Assembly (NCBI GenBank): GCA_964016885.1
Contig: OZ024742.1
Coordinates: 264,430,001 to 264,494,000, forward strand
Direction: 5' to 3'
From: Eledone cirrhosa
Lineage: Eukaryota
DNA: 64,000 bases
Shown: positions 40,701 through 53,219 of the stretch, piece after piece
How the letters are laid out: every line of letters starts with the position of its first letter
Numbering within the stretch: position 1 is the stretch's first letter
Translations under genes and position numbers: made by a program
Notes under the pieces: model-generated
The model's input: the letters and a program-made list of their open reading frames with translations, nothing else
Told to the model about the DNA's origin: nothing
Databases searched by the model: none

Positions 40701-41448
40701 AGATGCCTCAACATTCATTTTATATATATATATGTATGTACATATATGTATGGTGGAATCTTTTGTAACGCAATTTTCATGAAAAGTAAGAATTTGCGGA
40801 GCATATCACGTAAGTTCACATGTGTGTCTATAATTGTCAACTTGAATTTGAGATAACCTTCTCTTTTCTCTTTTTTCTTTTTTCATGAGAATGCATATAT
40901 ACTTATGTATTTTTGAAGTTTTGTCTCAGATTTTGCTTATAGACCTAAGAATTTTTAAACTAAGCATGGGTCATTTTTTTCACACATTATCGATATGTGT
41001 CTCATTCATGAATATTGATATTTACATTATAATACCTAATTCATAAAAATTGATAATTCAAATGGATGAGACATAATATATTTTAAATATATCATCTTTC
41101 TTTCTTTTTCTCCTCTACACTGGACGGGATTTATGTGTCGGCTGTTTTAACTGTATCCCTTCCCTCCTTAACCTCTCACTTGTACGCTGATCATCTGTCC
41201 CCAAGCTGCCTACCATTTTTTCACTTCCTCAATATATTTCTCTCTCCCATATCTCCTTCTCTCTCTATCTCGCTCTGTTGTTTTTCTTTACATACATCTC
41301 TTCATCTTCTTCTTTTTATCTTCGTTTTTCTTCGTCTTTCTTTCTCTATAACTGTCCTTAACAGTTTCACTACCAAATCAACTTTTTAAATGTAAGTTGC
41401 ATTATTCTAAGGTATGTCAAAATTATTTATAAAACAGCTTATATATTG

Positions 41449-41514
41449 TATTTTGTCTGAGGAAGGCATACCATATTTTTAATATGATATCCCAGAAATA
41501 TATATAACGAAATA
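41449..41514 (+). ncRNA. Type-I hammerhead, inverted-arm copy
   Basis: Reverse complement of 37648-37713. Confidence 0.75.
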
Positions 41515-41554
41515 AATATGGTTTTATAAATATAGTTTCCATTTGTTTAATATC

Positions 41555-41596
<42 letters not shown>

Positions 41597-41879
41597 TGAG
41601 TAATATTAAATATTATTTAGTTACAAATATGAATATAGTTCCATGTAATATTTCAAGTATAATACAGAGCCGAAATACAATGAAAATAATAATCAAAGCA
41701 TATTTAATCTTTTAAACATTCAATAACTAACGACCGTTCAGTCCAAGCACAAGGCAGAAAATCTTCAGAGTATTTACAAGAGTTAAATACAAATATAGGA
41801 TCTAAACTTTGCTTCAGGAACATTTGTTGGATACAAAATATGAGAGGTTAGATAAGAGCAAGCATTAATATGTATATTT

Positions 41880-42370
41880 GTATATGCGCGCGCAACTTCC
41901 GCAAACTCCTCATCTGTAGTTCCCTACCTTTAACCTCCGATCCTCCTCCGGATCCCTTCCCTGCTCCCGACCCCGCTGCCACACGTGGCCACACATCACC
42001 AACACCACTACCTTCCGGGAACCCAAAGGCTACTCCCTCCTTGTCTGGCATTCCTTTTGTTGCACCTCCTTCAGCCTTGTCTATGGACTCCGCTGCACAG
42101 AGTGTGGTGTGACCTATATCGGGCAGACGGGACGTCGCTTGGCTGACCGGTTCGCCGAGCACCTCCACGACATTCGCCTTGGCTCGTGTTCCTCCATCGC
42201 CCGACACTTCTGCTCAGCCGGGCATTCCGCTCACAACTTGACCGTCTGTGGCCTGACTGGGTGTCCTGGAACGCCAGATTCCCGACTGAGGGCCGAGCAA
42301 CACACAATTTTCCAACTTCAGTCATGCACCGCCCCTGATTTGAACTCCCCACTCTTCTTCCTTTAGACCC
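41880..42370 (+). pseudogene. Neptune-type PLE GIY-YIG endonuclease 3' fragment
   Basis: RARNFRKLL..FCCTSFSLVYGLRCTECGVTYIGQTGRRLADRFAEHL..HF..H..RLRAEQ..DLN. Confidence 0.85.
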
Positions 42371-42989
42371 CCACGCCCATGCCCCGAATGATACCACTAT
42401 CCACCACCGACCATCACCCACCCCTACCTACCACTAACTTCACTAACCTACCTACGCCACCTCCTCTTGCCTCCAACCCCCACTACCCATACCTACCATG
42501 CCCACACTACCCCGCCCATTCACATTCAACAACGTACATACACACACACTCTTTGCCCCTACCTTACCGTCTACCTACTGACCCACCACCCAATAACGCA
42601 CTAACCTCTTCCTCCACATCATCAACCACTCACTCGCACCTTCCTCTCTCCTTTCACCTCTCTCTAATATCACTACTAACCTCTACCTACACACACCCAC
42701 ACCTCGCCACCCCACTAACGCAACTACTCCCTCACCCTCTAACCTACTAATAACCCCCCCCCCCCCCTCACACACACACACCTGCCAGTAACTGACTATC
42801 CACCCGTCCATCCCCCCACATCCACACATCGCTTTCCCCCACCCCGTCATCCTCTAATCCACTAACTTCCTTCCACACACCTCAGCAACGTCCCCTACCT
42901 AACCCTTAGTCTAGTCCCCCCCCCCCTGTGTACATACGCATATGCGCACATCAAAACAGCGATTGACAGAACCCTCGCACACACTTCGA

Positions 42990-44990
42990 ATTCAATACCA
43001 AATTCTACAGACAGAAATCTGGGACTGCCATGGGCACGAAAACGGCTCACTCTTATGTCAACCTTGTTATGGCCAACCTGGAAATTACCCTCTACCAAAA
43101 AGTACTAGATAAATATGGAAACTCCTTCTACCTCCACATAGAAAATACCTGGAAGAGATATCTGGATGATTGTTTCATCCTCTGGCATGAAAGTATAGAA
43201 AGACTTATTGAATTTAAAGCACTTCTAAATGGACTTAACAGAAACATTCAATTTACGATGGAATACAACCATGAGGAACTTTCTTTCCTCGACATCCTTA
43301 TAAAAAAAACTAACAACAAAATAGAAACAGACATATACTATAAGCCAACAGATTCCAAACAGTATCTTCCATTCAACTCATGCCACCCGAGACACACCAG
43401 AATGAACACCCCTTACAACCTAGCCAAAAGGATCTGTACAATAGTATCTGATAGAAACACTACATACAATTAGAAGAATTAAAGGACACAGTCATTAGAA
43501 GGAATTGCCTACCATTCCTAATTAACAATGGATTTCAAGGTGCCCTAAAACTCAGTATCGAGGAACTTAGACACACCAAACTAAAGAATGAATCGAATCT
43601 GAAAACTCTACCATACATCTCCACACAAAACCCCTTAACAATGAGGTCTTCGATATCATCCTCTAGAACATACCTTTACTAAAAAGAGATCTAAGAATGA
43701 ATCAAATCCTTCAAACGGACAACATTATAAAGAGCAAAAGACAACCCAAATCAATGAAAAACATCCTTACACAGGCCAAAGTCCAGTCGACCTTAACAAC
43801 GAAACCAACAGTAAAAAGATGCGGAAGACCCAACTGTGGTATATGTATCAACCTAATAGAGGAATCCGAGTTTCACTTCAAACAAGGGCAACGCTTTACA
43901 GTAAAATACAATTTTACATGCACATCAGAAAACCTAGTATATGTGTTGACTTGCTCAGGCTGTCGAGATACTACATAAAACAGACTAAAAACAGTATTCG
44001 TCAACGTATGACCGTTCAAATATCCCAAATTAAAATACGGGAATACAGAAAACTAGCACTGAGTGAATGCATTGCCACCTGCCCCTCTCATGAACAACCC
44101 AACTTCAGAATTTTCCCCTCTACAAATTTAAAGACAACGCTTCCTACATCCAGCGCATTAGCAAAGAATCACACTTTATCGCTAATACGAACCCCTTCTA
44201 AATGCATTTACTGCAAACGAAACTGCAGCTAGCACACAACTTTAAAATTAGCACCTTGGACAAATTAAGGAAGATCTCTTAGAAACATCTACACTGCAGG
44301 TCAATTTTTAACACAAACAGACAGAAATACAAAGATATATATTTTTAGAAACAATTACTTCCTCAGCCAACTCTAAGATCACTCAATCATTTAAGCCAAT
44401 CCGACGGACAGCTCCCTTTACCATTATTAACAGTGATACTATTACTACTACACTTCCCCGTCGTCCCCTTCTGTTTCGCCCACCCCTTATCCGTCTTCCC
44501 CTTCCTTACCATAGCCCTGGTATTACTACCACACCTATGCCCTGTCCCTCCATCTTCTTCTTCTTCTTCTTCTTCTTCTTCTTCTTCTTCTTCTTCTTCT
44601 TCTTCTTCTTCTTCTTCTTCTTCTTCTTCTTCTTCTACCACTACAGTCAAAGCCAACAGCTTAAATTGCTACCACCACTTTTGGTGAGGCTAAGGTCAAC
44701 ACTAAGAGAGAAAGAAAGAAAACTACAGACAAAAATGTGAACTTTTCTACCTATATATTATGGAAAAACAAATGTTCTCCCCATATTCTTATCATTCTTA
44801 TTAATATGCAATTTAATTGCATTATACACTTTCGCCGTTGAAAAAGCGTATATGCTGAAACCGGTACAATTAAATGCGGAAATTCCTATATTATAAATAA
44901 ATGTTCTGATTTTATTCTGAGAGAAAATCCCGTTAACATTTTCTACTGTTTTTATCGTTTTTACATTATTTTTTTAATATATATCAACTC
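42990..44990 (+). mobile_element. Neptune-type PLE, 5'-truncated, frameshifted
   Basis: GTAMGTK, WKRYLDDCF, FLDILI, YYKPTD..SCHP; CGRPNCGIC linker; FTCTSENLVY..C; HHR-like TTGAAAA-AGCG TATA TGCT-GAAA-CCGG-TA at ~44838-44867. Confidence 0.88.
44553..44636. repeat. (TTC)n microsatellite
   Basis: Directly visible. Confidence 0.95.
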
Positions 44991-45013
44991 GTGTGTCACT
45001 TCTCTACATTACA

Positions 45014-45090
<77 letters not shown>

Positions 45091-45271
45091 AGAAGTTATA
45101 TTTAATTTGTTGGGATACAACAAGCAAATATTTTTATAACTAATATAAAGCACTCAACAAATTTTTGGAGTAAAAATACAATATATTAACAAATGGAAAC
45201 TGGAGCTTCCAACCGACATGGTCGCATTCTTTAAGGGTATGTCAATATTTGTTTATAAAACTGATCTATAT

Positions 45272-45333
45272 TATATTTTATCTGATGAAAGCGCACCATA
45301 ATTTGCTTTGGTGTCTTTGAAATATGTATAATG

Positions 45334-45340
<7 letters not shown>
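45272..45340 (+). ncRNA. Type-I hammerhead in mini-element 45090-45340
   Basis: TATATTTTAT-CTGATGA-AAGCGCACCA..TGGTGTCTTT-GAAA-TATGTA-TA^ATGAAATATA; preceded by an inverted tail homologous to 37517-37630. Confidence 0.75.
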
Positions 45341-45371
<31 letters not shown>

Positions 45372-45477
45372 ATAATAATAAAATTGAAGACTAAAATCCA
45401 AAGAGGGCTCGATAAGGAAAATATATATCAAATATATAAGAACCGTAGAGCAAATATTTATTAAAATAACAGATTAA

Positions 45478-45528
45478 AGTTTAAGCAAAGAATCGCTGCT
45501 TTCACCCTTAACGGGATCTTCTGAAACT
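45478..45528 (-). ncRNA. Variant hammerhead (CAGAAGA core), inverted-arm copy
   Basis: Reverse complement of 48139-48189. Confidence 0.55.
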
Positions 45529-48138
45529 AACAAAGTCAATCTGTAAACGCAGAACTGGATATTTCAAAAAACGTTGCAACCGGAGGAAGACAGGAAGACG
45601 ATACTTTGGTTCGTTACCCTGAAGGATCACAAATCCAATTTTCCGAACAACCCCTCTATTCGGCTTATTAACCCTACGAAGTCCGATTTAAGTAGACTTA
45701 GTAAAACGATTCTTGATAGAATTATACCTGAAATTAGAAGTTTGGCCCCTCTCGCACTGTGGAACAATTCTTTCGCGGTGATTGATTGGTTCAACGGCAT
45801 ATGTAACAAGGAACATTGCCGTTTTATCCAATTCGGCATCAACAATTACTACTCCTCCATCACTTTACCACTTCTCCTTAGAGCTATCAATTTCGCTAAA
45901 ACACTCACAGTGGTTAAGGATTTTGAAGTTGATGTCATCCTTAATGCCCGAAAGTCGGTGATTAATTTCGACGACTCTATTTGGATTAAAAAATCCAATA
46001 GTACCCCATTCGACGTGAGTATGGGCGCCAGTGACTCTGCGGAGATTACTGATCTTATTGGCCTTTTCCTTCTTTTCTCTATCAAGGACGAATTCCCCAA
46101 CGCGGGCGGTGATTTGTACCGTGACGATGGTCTTTTGACCATGACTAAGTGCGGACGTCGTGCTTGCGACAGGTTCAGAAAAGAACTCACAGCCTTCTTT
46201 AAAGGCTTCAACCTCTCTATACAGGTTGAGGCCAATCTCTCGGTCGTTAATTACCTCGACGTTACCCTCAATTTATTGAATGGGTTGTATTACCCGTATA
46301 GAAAGCCGAATGATACGCTTAATTACATAAGTAAGCATTCCAACCATCCTGCCAGCATAACCAAGAACCTGGTAAGAAACGTTTCGTTGAGGCTTTCCCG
46401 TCTTTCCACCAACGAGCGCATTTTCAACGACCATTCCACTTATTACAATGAAGCTCTTGCTCGAAGTGGATTTGTCGATAAGGTAGCATATACAGAGTAC
46501 AAAAATAGACCTAGAAGAAATAGATCCCGTCGCATTTGTTGGTTTAACCTACCATATAATATAGAGGTGGCCACACCATTAGCTAAGATCTTTCTTTCCC
46601 TTATTACGAAGCATTTCCCCCTACACATAAATATAGTAAAGTTTTTAATAGAAATACTATTAAAATTTCTTACTCTACGACTCCTAACCTTGCACATAAC
46701 ATCACAGCTTCAAATTTAGCTAAACTACCTAGCCGTAGGAACACGTGCAACCCTGTAGTTAGTACTAACTGTAATTGTAGGAATCGGGCTGATTGCCCCC
46801 TATCCGGGAAATGCCTCTCTAATAACATTGTCTACAAATGTAAGGTTGTAACACCCACGTCCTGTAGGGCCTACATAGGGTTAACCGCCAATAGTTTCAA
46901 GCAGCGTCTTTACATGCATATCCATTCTTTTCGTTACCCTCTAAGAAGGAATATGACGTCACTTTCAGCTTATATCTGGAGTCTAAAAGACAGCCACACC
47001 CAATATAAGTTACACTGGGAGATCCTAGCTAGGGCTAGATCGTATAACGGAAATAAAAGACCATGTGACCTCTGCGCCGCTGAGGCCCTGAAAATACTCT
47101 ACGCTACAGACCACATCTTAAACAAAAAATCTGAGGCAATTTCGGCTTGTAAACATAAATTGCACAAAACTTTCCTGTATTACAGCCCCACGTTATACCC
47201 TAACGGATAGCACGATCTATACGTGGATATTTTACGTCTTGATGTGGGAGCTAAGTATATGTTTTGTTTATTCCTTTACTTATTTGCATAGGTAAGTATT
47301 TATTACCCGTATGTTTTGTGAAGGTATGAATAGCTTCTCGTATGTATATTTGACTGTTATAGCGTATAATTTTTACATATTCTGGTATTTAGGGTTTGGC
47401 TATGTGTATACGGGAGTTTTGCGTCCGCGTGAGTGTGCAGGTTCGTACGTATGGTGGGTGTGTGTATATGTGTACTTCTTGTTTTAGTTGACTTACGTCT
47501 CCGAACATTCGTGTATTTATATGTAGGTATGCGTGTGCGCTTGTTATATACGTATTTATTTACTTATATACGTTTATATAATTATTTATTTATTTGTACA
47601 CAAGCATACACACACACACATATTTATATGTGCGTGGTTTTGTATACCCATGGTAAGGTTTTGCGTATGCTTGTGTATGTACGTATCTGTTTGCGTGTAT
47701 GTATTTATTTGTTTCTATTACTTCTGTATTGTATTTATTTACTTTGTTCTTAACTCTGTAGCGGAGATTCATTTGGTCTCCTAGTTAGAATTTTAGTCTA
47801 CGATTTCTGCTATACCATTTACGTGGTTTTGTCTTTGCGTGCTATTGTTCTCCACGCTCCACATATGACTTATTATCTTCGTTTTTTCGTTCATTGCCAG
47901 AGAACGTCTCTATGCACCACCTAAGAGAGCATTAGTCTACGACCTCTTTTATACCATAAACGTGGTTTTGCCTTTGCGCGTAATTGTTTTTCACCGCTCC
48001 TATTAATGACGTATTATTCGTTTTTTCCCGTTCTTTGCCAGCGAACGTTACCACGAACCAAAGTATCGTCTTCATGTCTTCCTCCGGTTGCAACGTTTTT
48101 TGAAATATCCAGTTCTGCGTTTACAGATTGACTTTGTT

Positions 48139-48189
48139 AGTTTCAGAAGATCCCGTTAAGGGTGAAAGCAGCGATTCTTTGCTTAAACT
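48139..48189 (+). ncRNA. Variant type-I hammerhead with CAGAAGA (U4A) core
   Basis: AGTTT-CAGAAGA-T CCC GTTAA GGG T-GAA-AGCAG CGATTCT TTGCT-T^AAACT. Confidence 0.6.
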
Positions 48190-48205
48190 TTAATCTGTTA
48201 TTTTA

Positions 48206-48300
<95 letters not shown>

Positions 48301-48471
48301 AGAGAGAGAGATAGTTAGTCATTTTATTAAACTTCTGTCTATCTAAAAGAAATAAACTTCAATCAGCCCATCCCATCCCTGCCAACAATATTCTTTTCTT
48401 CTTTCTGATTTGCTCGTAATTTTCCCATCACCGATTTTCTCTACTATCCTTTTCACCACTCTTACATTTAA

Positions 48472-48526
<55 letters not shown>

Positions 48527-48782
48527 AAGTATATATCCCCCTCTCTCTCTTTCTTTCTCTCTGTATATATATATATATATATCACGTTCACACCTGTCCG
48601 CCAAACAGACGCACTTCCTTGTGTGGTGCGAACACTACCACACATTATTACAATACAATGGACTAGAATATAACTCCAGTTCTGAATATTTTCAGAATAT
48701 GCGAAATTTAACGATTCTCAAGCTATATTGAATACGAAATAATTGTCACATTAATATACAAAATATCTGGTGAGTATGATGT

Positions 48783-48822
<40 letters not shown>

Positions 48823-48829
48823 TTTTAAG

Positions 48830-49040
48830 GCGCGATCGACTTTCGTCAAATCGGACCGTGGAAACAATGTTTCCGTTGGTATTTCCAATTGCTAATACTA
48901 TCTATCGGTCGCAACTCCAGGTAGAAGGAGCAAGGTGAAATAAAGTGTTTTGCTCAAGGACATAACTGGTCCAGGAATCGAACTCACAACCTCACGATTG
49001 CGAAGCCAATGCTCTAACCACTCAGCCATACGCCTTCATA
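48830..49040 (-). mobile_element. tRNA-derived SINE (second family)
   Basis: GGCGTATGGCTGAGTGGTTAGAGC..GAGTTCGATTCC then TGTCCTTGAGCAAAACACTTTATTTCAC; related remnant at ~25630-25760(-). Confidence 0.75.
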
Positions 49041-49093
49041 TATATATAATATATAATATATATTATATATATATATTATATATATATACATAT

Positions 49094-49190
49094 AACAACA
49101 AAGAAGGTGTGGTAAGATACCAGGTGGCCCATAACGCACTAGAGTACTCAATACTTAGGGTAGTAGAGTAGGTCTTGACTCTTTTCATAT
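49094..49190. mobile_element. 95-bp mini-derivative of the 49975-52353 family
   Basis: Inverted tail (GAGTACTCAAT) plus ~18 nt of the 3' end, within (TA)n. Confidence 0.6.
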
Positions 49191-49202
49191 ATATATATAT
49201 AT

Positions 49203-49670
49203 TCTGTAAAACATAATCTCCATTGAATGTAATAACACGTTTACAGTGCTTATGTTAAGCATGTATCTCTTTCTGTAACCGTTCCTTCGGCAATTGTCGA
49301 AACCAGCGCAACGATTCATCGACCAACTCTTCTAATGGAGCGAAAACAAATTTTCCAAGATGTTGCTTTAATAACTTGAACACCCACCGATCGCACAAAT
49401 TTAAGTCGGGACGATAGGGTGATTATTTGATCATTGCCACTCTTCTCCTCTGGAAAAAATATTTTGTGGATTGAGTAGTTCGATGCTTGTATTATAAATT
49501 CACAAGAATGAGAGCAAAATAATTATGCATAGGCCTGTGACAAAATACAGCATTCATACAGAATATCACACGTGTACAACAAAGTTCAAATTCCTACTAA
49601 TATTAAATACATTTACTGCTATATACAGCACACAACCTACTATTCTAAAGACTTTATTGCCACACCAAGT
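49203..49670. mobile_element. Second copy of the 4901-5440 repeat
   Basis: Reverse-complement alignment to 4901-5365. Confidence 0.7.
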
Positions 49671-49974
49671 ATATATATATTCTTTATTATGGCTAATCGT
49701 TAAGTATTGTTACAGAGGTGAAACTCCAGAGTAACAGAACTCTTTATTTAGCCATAATGAAGAATATTATCAAACGCCACTTCGGTATTGAGTAATTATT
49801 CTCGCATCTGTCAACATCACTAGGATAAAAGTACTCAGCAACTGGCAACTAGAGCACTAAATACCTTCGGAGATCTTCTGGATGGGACATATATATATAT
49901 ATATATACACACACACATACACACACACACACATACACATACATATAGATACATACATATATATATATATATAT

Positions 49975-52353
49975 AACAAAGGAATTGTGGTAAGGAACCA
50001 GATGGACCACAACGCACCAGAGTACTCAATACTTAGGGTAGTAGAGTGGGAAATAGTAAAAAGTATGACCCCGACGACAGACTACACGCCATTTCGACGG
50101 CAATTTCTGGACTAAATTAGAATTTTTAGCCTGGTGAATAAATAGCCTAACTTGTCAAGAGGGTACTTCCTTATATGGGAAGATTGTAGTTGTCAAGAGG
50201 ATTGGTTAAAATTTGTTGTAAACACAAATAAGTCTAACATGGCATTTGGTGGGAGGTAGGGGTGGCTGAGCTTGCCTGTAGAACAATAGGGGAGTGAGGG
50301 AGCGGTCAAGCGTTGAAAGTGATATGTATAGAGTAGATTCTAAGGATAGTGTATGAAGTGGAGGAGGGAGGTTATAGAATAGGTAATTCGAATGAGAGTA
50401 GGAGACAATAAAAGATAATAGAAAGAAATAAAAAAAATATATAAAATTAGATACTGAGAAATGAATAAAAAAAACTGAATAAAAAAAAAAACTATGCATC
50501 TATTATCTTACCGCTCCTTACGGCCGCCTTGGCCTTTGCCAAAACACTCACACCCATCACTGACCAGGAAAGAAATATCATTCTCCACGCCAGGAAGACA
50601 GTCCTACTTTTCGACAACTCCAAGTGGATAAAGAGAGCTCCTGACTCCCCCTTCGACGTCAGTATAAGCCCGACGGATTCGGCCGAGGTCACAGATCTTA
50701 TAGGATTATTCTTACTATTTAAACTCACCGAAATGTTTCCTGCATTCGGCAGTGGGTTGTACCGGGATGATGGGCTCATCACCCTCAAAGGGTACAACCA
50801 AGTGGTACATACCGGGCCCGTAAATAACTAATCAACTTCTTCCGGGACTGGGGATTTAAAATCACCCTACAAACGTCCCTAACCCGATTCAATTTCCTGG
50901 ACGTTACCCTTAACCTCGAAAATGATTTGTACTACCCATACAGAAAACCAAACGACAACCTGCACTACATCCACTGCCGCTCTAACCATCACCAATAACC
51001 TGGAAACATCACCAATAACCTGGTTAAAAACATCTCGCTCCGCATATCTCGTTTGTCCGCTAATGAGCAAATATTCGACGAACACGCGCCTCATTACAAC
51101 CAGGTCCTCAAGCGGAGTGGCTTCCGGGAGGAAATATCCTTTTATCCATCTTCCCTTAGCGGAACCAGCAGGCGGCACCGCCACTCACGCAACGTAACGT
51201 GGTTCAATCCTTCCCATAATGCCGAGGTGACAACACCTATCGGGAAAATCTTCTTTAGACTCCTCGAAAAACACTTCCCACTACAACACCGCTACCACAA
51301 CATAATCAACAAAAACACCATCAAACTCTCCTACAGCACCACACCTAACTTCGCACAAAACATCGTCTCCTCAAACAGCAAAAAACTTAACCCCTATGGA
51401 AGAAATAACTTAGTCATCAGTGGAGAGCCGACCAGGAGGTGTAACTGCCCTGATAGATCTACGTGCTCCCTCAACAACAAATGCCGAGAACGTAATGTGA
51501 TCTACCAGTGCAACGGACACCTCCAACAAAGCTTATATAGGATTAACCGCGTGTGACTTCAAGACCCGGTTCTACCAGCACCGACATACTTTCCGAAACC
51601 CGGTCCAGCGACATGCCACTACACTTTCGGGCCACATCTGGGACCTCCAAGATAATAATATAACCTACAATCTCACTTGGAGCTTACTGTCCAGAGCTAA
51701 CTCTTACACGGGAGGACGCCGTCCGTGTAACTTATGCTCGGAAGAAACATTACAAATGCTGTTTTCGAAGGACCAACTCCTAAACAAGAAAGACGAATTG
51801 GTAACCGCATGTAAACACAGATTGCGTAGGACTTACCTCGCCCTCAAACCCCATAACGACCCGGGTGGGTAGACAAGGGCTGATACCTATTCTATTCTCA
51901 ACTTTTAACCTGTCACTGTAAGATAGCATTGTGATTTTTTTTATTCATTTCTCATATCTAATTTTATATATTTTTTATTTATTTCTATTATCTTTTATTG
52001 TCTCCTACTCTCATTCGATTTACCTATTCTATAACCTCCCTCCTCCACTTCATACACTATCCTTAGAATCTACTGTATACATATCACTTTCAACGCTTGA
52101 CCGCTCCACTCACTCCCCTATTGTTCTACAGGCAAGTCCAGCCACCCCTACCTCCCACCAAATGCCATGTTAGAGTTATTTGTATTTACAACAAATTTTA
52201 ACCAATCCTCTTGACAACTACAATCTTCCCATATAAGGAAGTACCCTCGTGCCAAGTTCGGCTATTTATTCACCAGGCTAAACATTTTAATTTAGTCCAG
52301 AAATAGCCGTCGAAACGGCTTGATCTCTGCCGTCGGGGTCATACTTTTTCCTA
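49975..52353 (+). mobile_element. Hydra-type PLE with ~420-bp inverted cap
   Basis: RT 50495-51350 (FDVSI, GLYRDDGL, FLDVTLNL); CNCPDRSTC; GIY-YIG to 51872 (CNLC, ACKHR); arms 50055-50480 / 51930-52353; tail 49975-50054. Confidence 0.9.
50061..50170 (-). ncRNA. Hammerhead with U3-A8 core, branched stem II and GUC site
   Basis: GAAGTACCCTC-TTGACAA-GTTAGGCTATTT..[GGCTAAA/TTTAGTC]..AAATTGCCGTC-GAA-ATGGCG..TGTCGT-C^GGGGTCATACTT; the sense copy 52237-52347 has the core mutated (GTGCCAA). Confidence 0.65.
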
Positions 52354-52863
52354 TATATATATATATATGCTACCATTGGTTTTAGGGTCCAGTTATGGCC
52401 ACCACTGTATATTGGAGGAGGTACTTTTAAATTGGCCGTTCATTCGGGTACGTGGACAAAGATATGAAAGGAAAAGTAGGTATCCCTCGATGAATCTTCC
52501 TTCGAACCGTAGAGATATTTATGTTTGAAACAGAGTAGGTATGTCTGGCTTTAAATCTGTCTGTAGACTAATTTTCCACATTTTCTAGAGTATTTTGTCT
52601 ACTCGAGTGGCCAAGGGAGGCGACTCTTAAAATTATCAGATATTTTGTAGATAGTTGAAGTGATTGAGGTAAGTAGTAAGAAATTATATATACGGACACA
52701 CACACACACACATGCACACATATAACAAATTATTAATGATTTGAAAAGGGTTTTCAAAACCATAGACATGCATTTGTGCGCATACTCGTGCGCATACTTA
52801 TATATATTTGTACACATCTATACAGGCACCAATATATGCATACATGTATATATATATATATAT

Positions 52864-53057
52864 AACAAAGGAATCGTGGTAAGGAACCAGGTGGAACATA
52901 ACGCACCAGAGTACTCAATACTTAAGGTAGTAGAGTGGGAAATAGGAAAAAGTAAGACCCCGACGGCAGAGCTCAAGCCGTTTTGACGGCTATTTCTGGA
53001 CTGAAATAGCCGTCGAAACGGCTTCAGCTCTGCCGTCGGGGTCTTACTTTTTCCTAT
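52864..53057. mobile_element. 195-bp palindromic mini-derivative of the 49975-52353 family
   Basis: Tail 52864-52941, arms 52942-52997 / 53003-53057, turnaround inside HHR stem II. Confidence 0.8.
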
Positions 53058-53219
53058 ATATATATATATATATATGGGTGGAGAACGTGCGTAAATATGT
53101 ATATTCACTCAAAATTTGTGTTTTGATTGGTGTTTCACCAAATTTAAGTTCTGAGATGTAAAATGTTGTATGTATCAGTGATTGTTAGTTGCAATGTGAT
53201 GTTATAATCTTAAGGTCTC

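Larger units (their letters stand above)
37517..41557 (-). mobile_element. Hydra-type PLE with ~835-bp inverted cap
   Basis: RT 40718-39597 (KEHK.NF, RLIAPSKS, QLDIANYYSSI, GLYRDD); CNCRDRSKCPL, GIY-YIG 39390-38960 ending CCRHR; 40722-41557 is an inverted near-identical copy of 37604-38436; tail 37517-37603 on the left only. Confidence 0.92.
45369..48212 (+). mobile_element. Hydra-type PLE with ~160-bp inverted cap
   Basis: RT from FVTLKDHK (45610) with RLINPTKS, FDVSMG, LYRDDGL, SNHP; CNCRNRADCPL, YIGLT, CDLC, ACKHK to 47210; arms 45456-45614 / 48053-48212; tail 45369-45455. Confidence 0.92.

Noticed and set aside
48965-49040. tRNA-like sequence on the minus strand
   Set aside because: The acceptor stem does not pair and it continues into a SINE body, so it is a SINE head rather than a tRNA gene.
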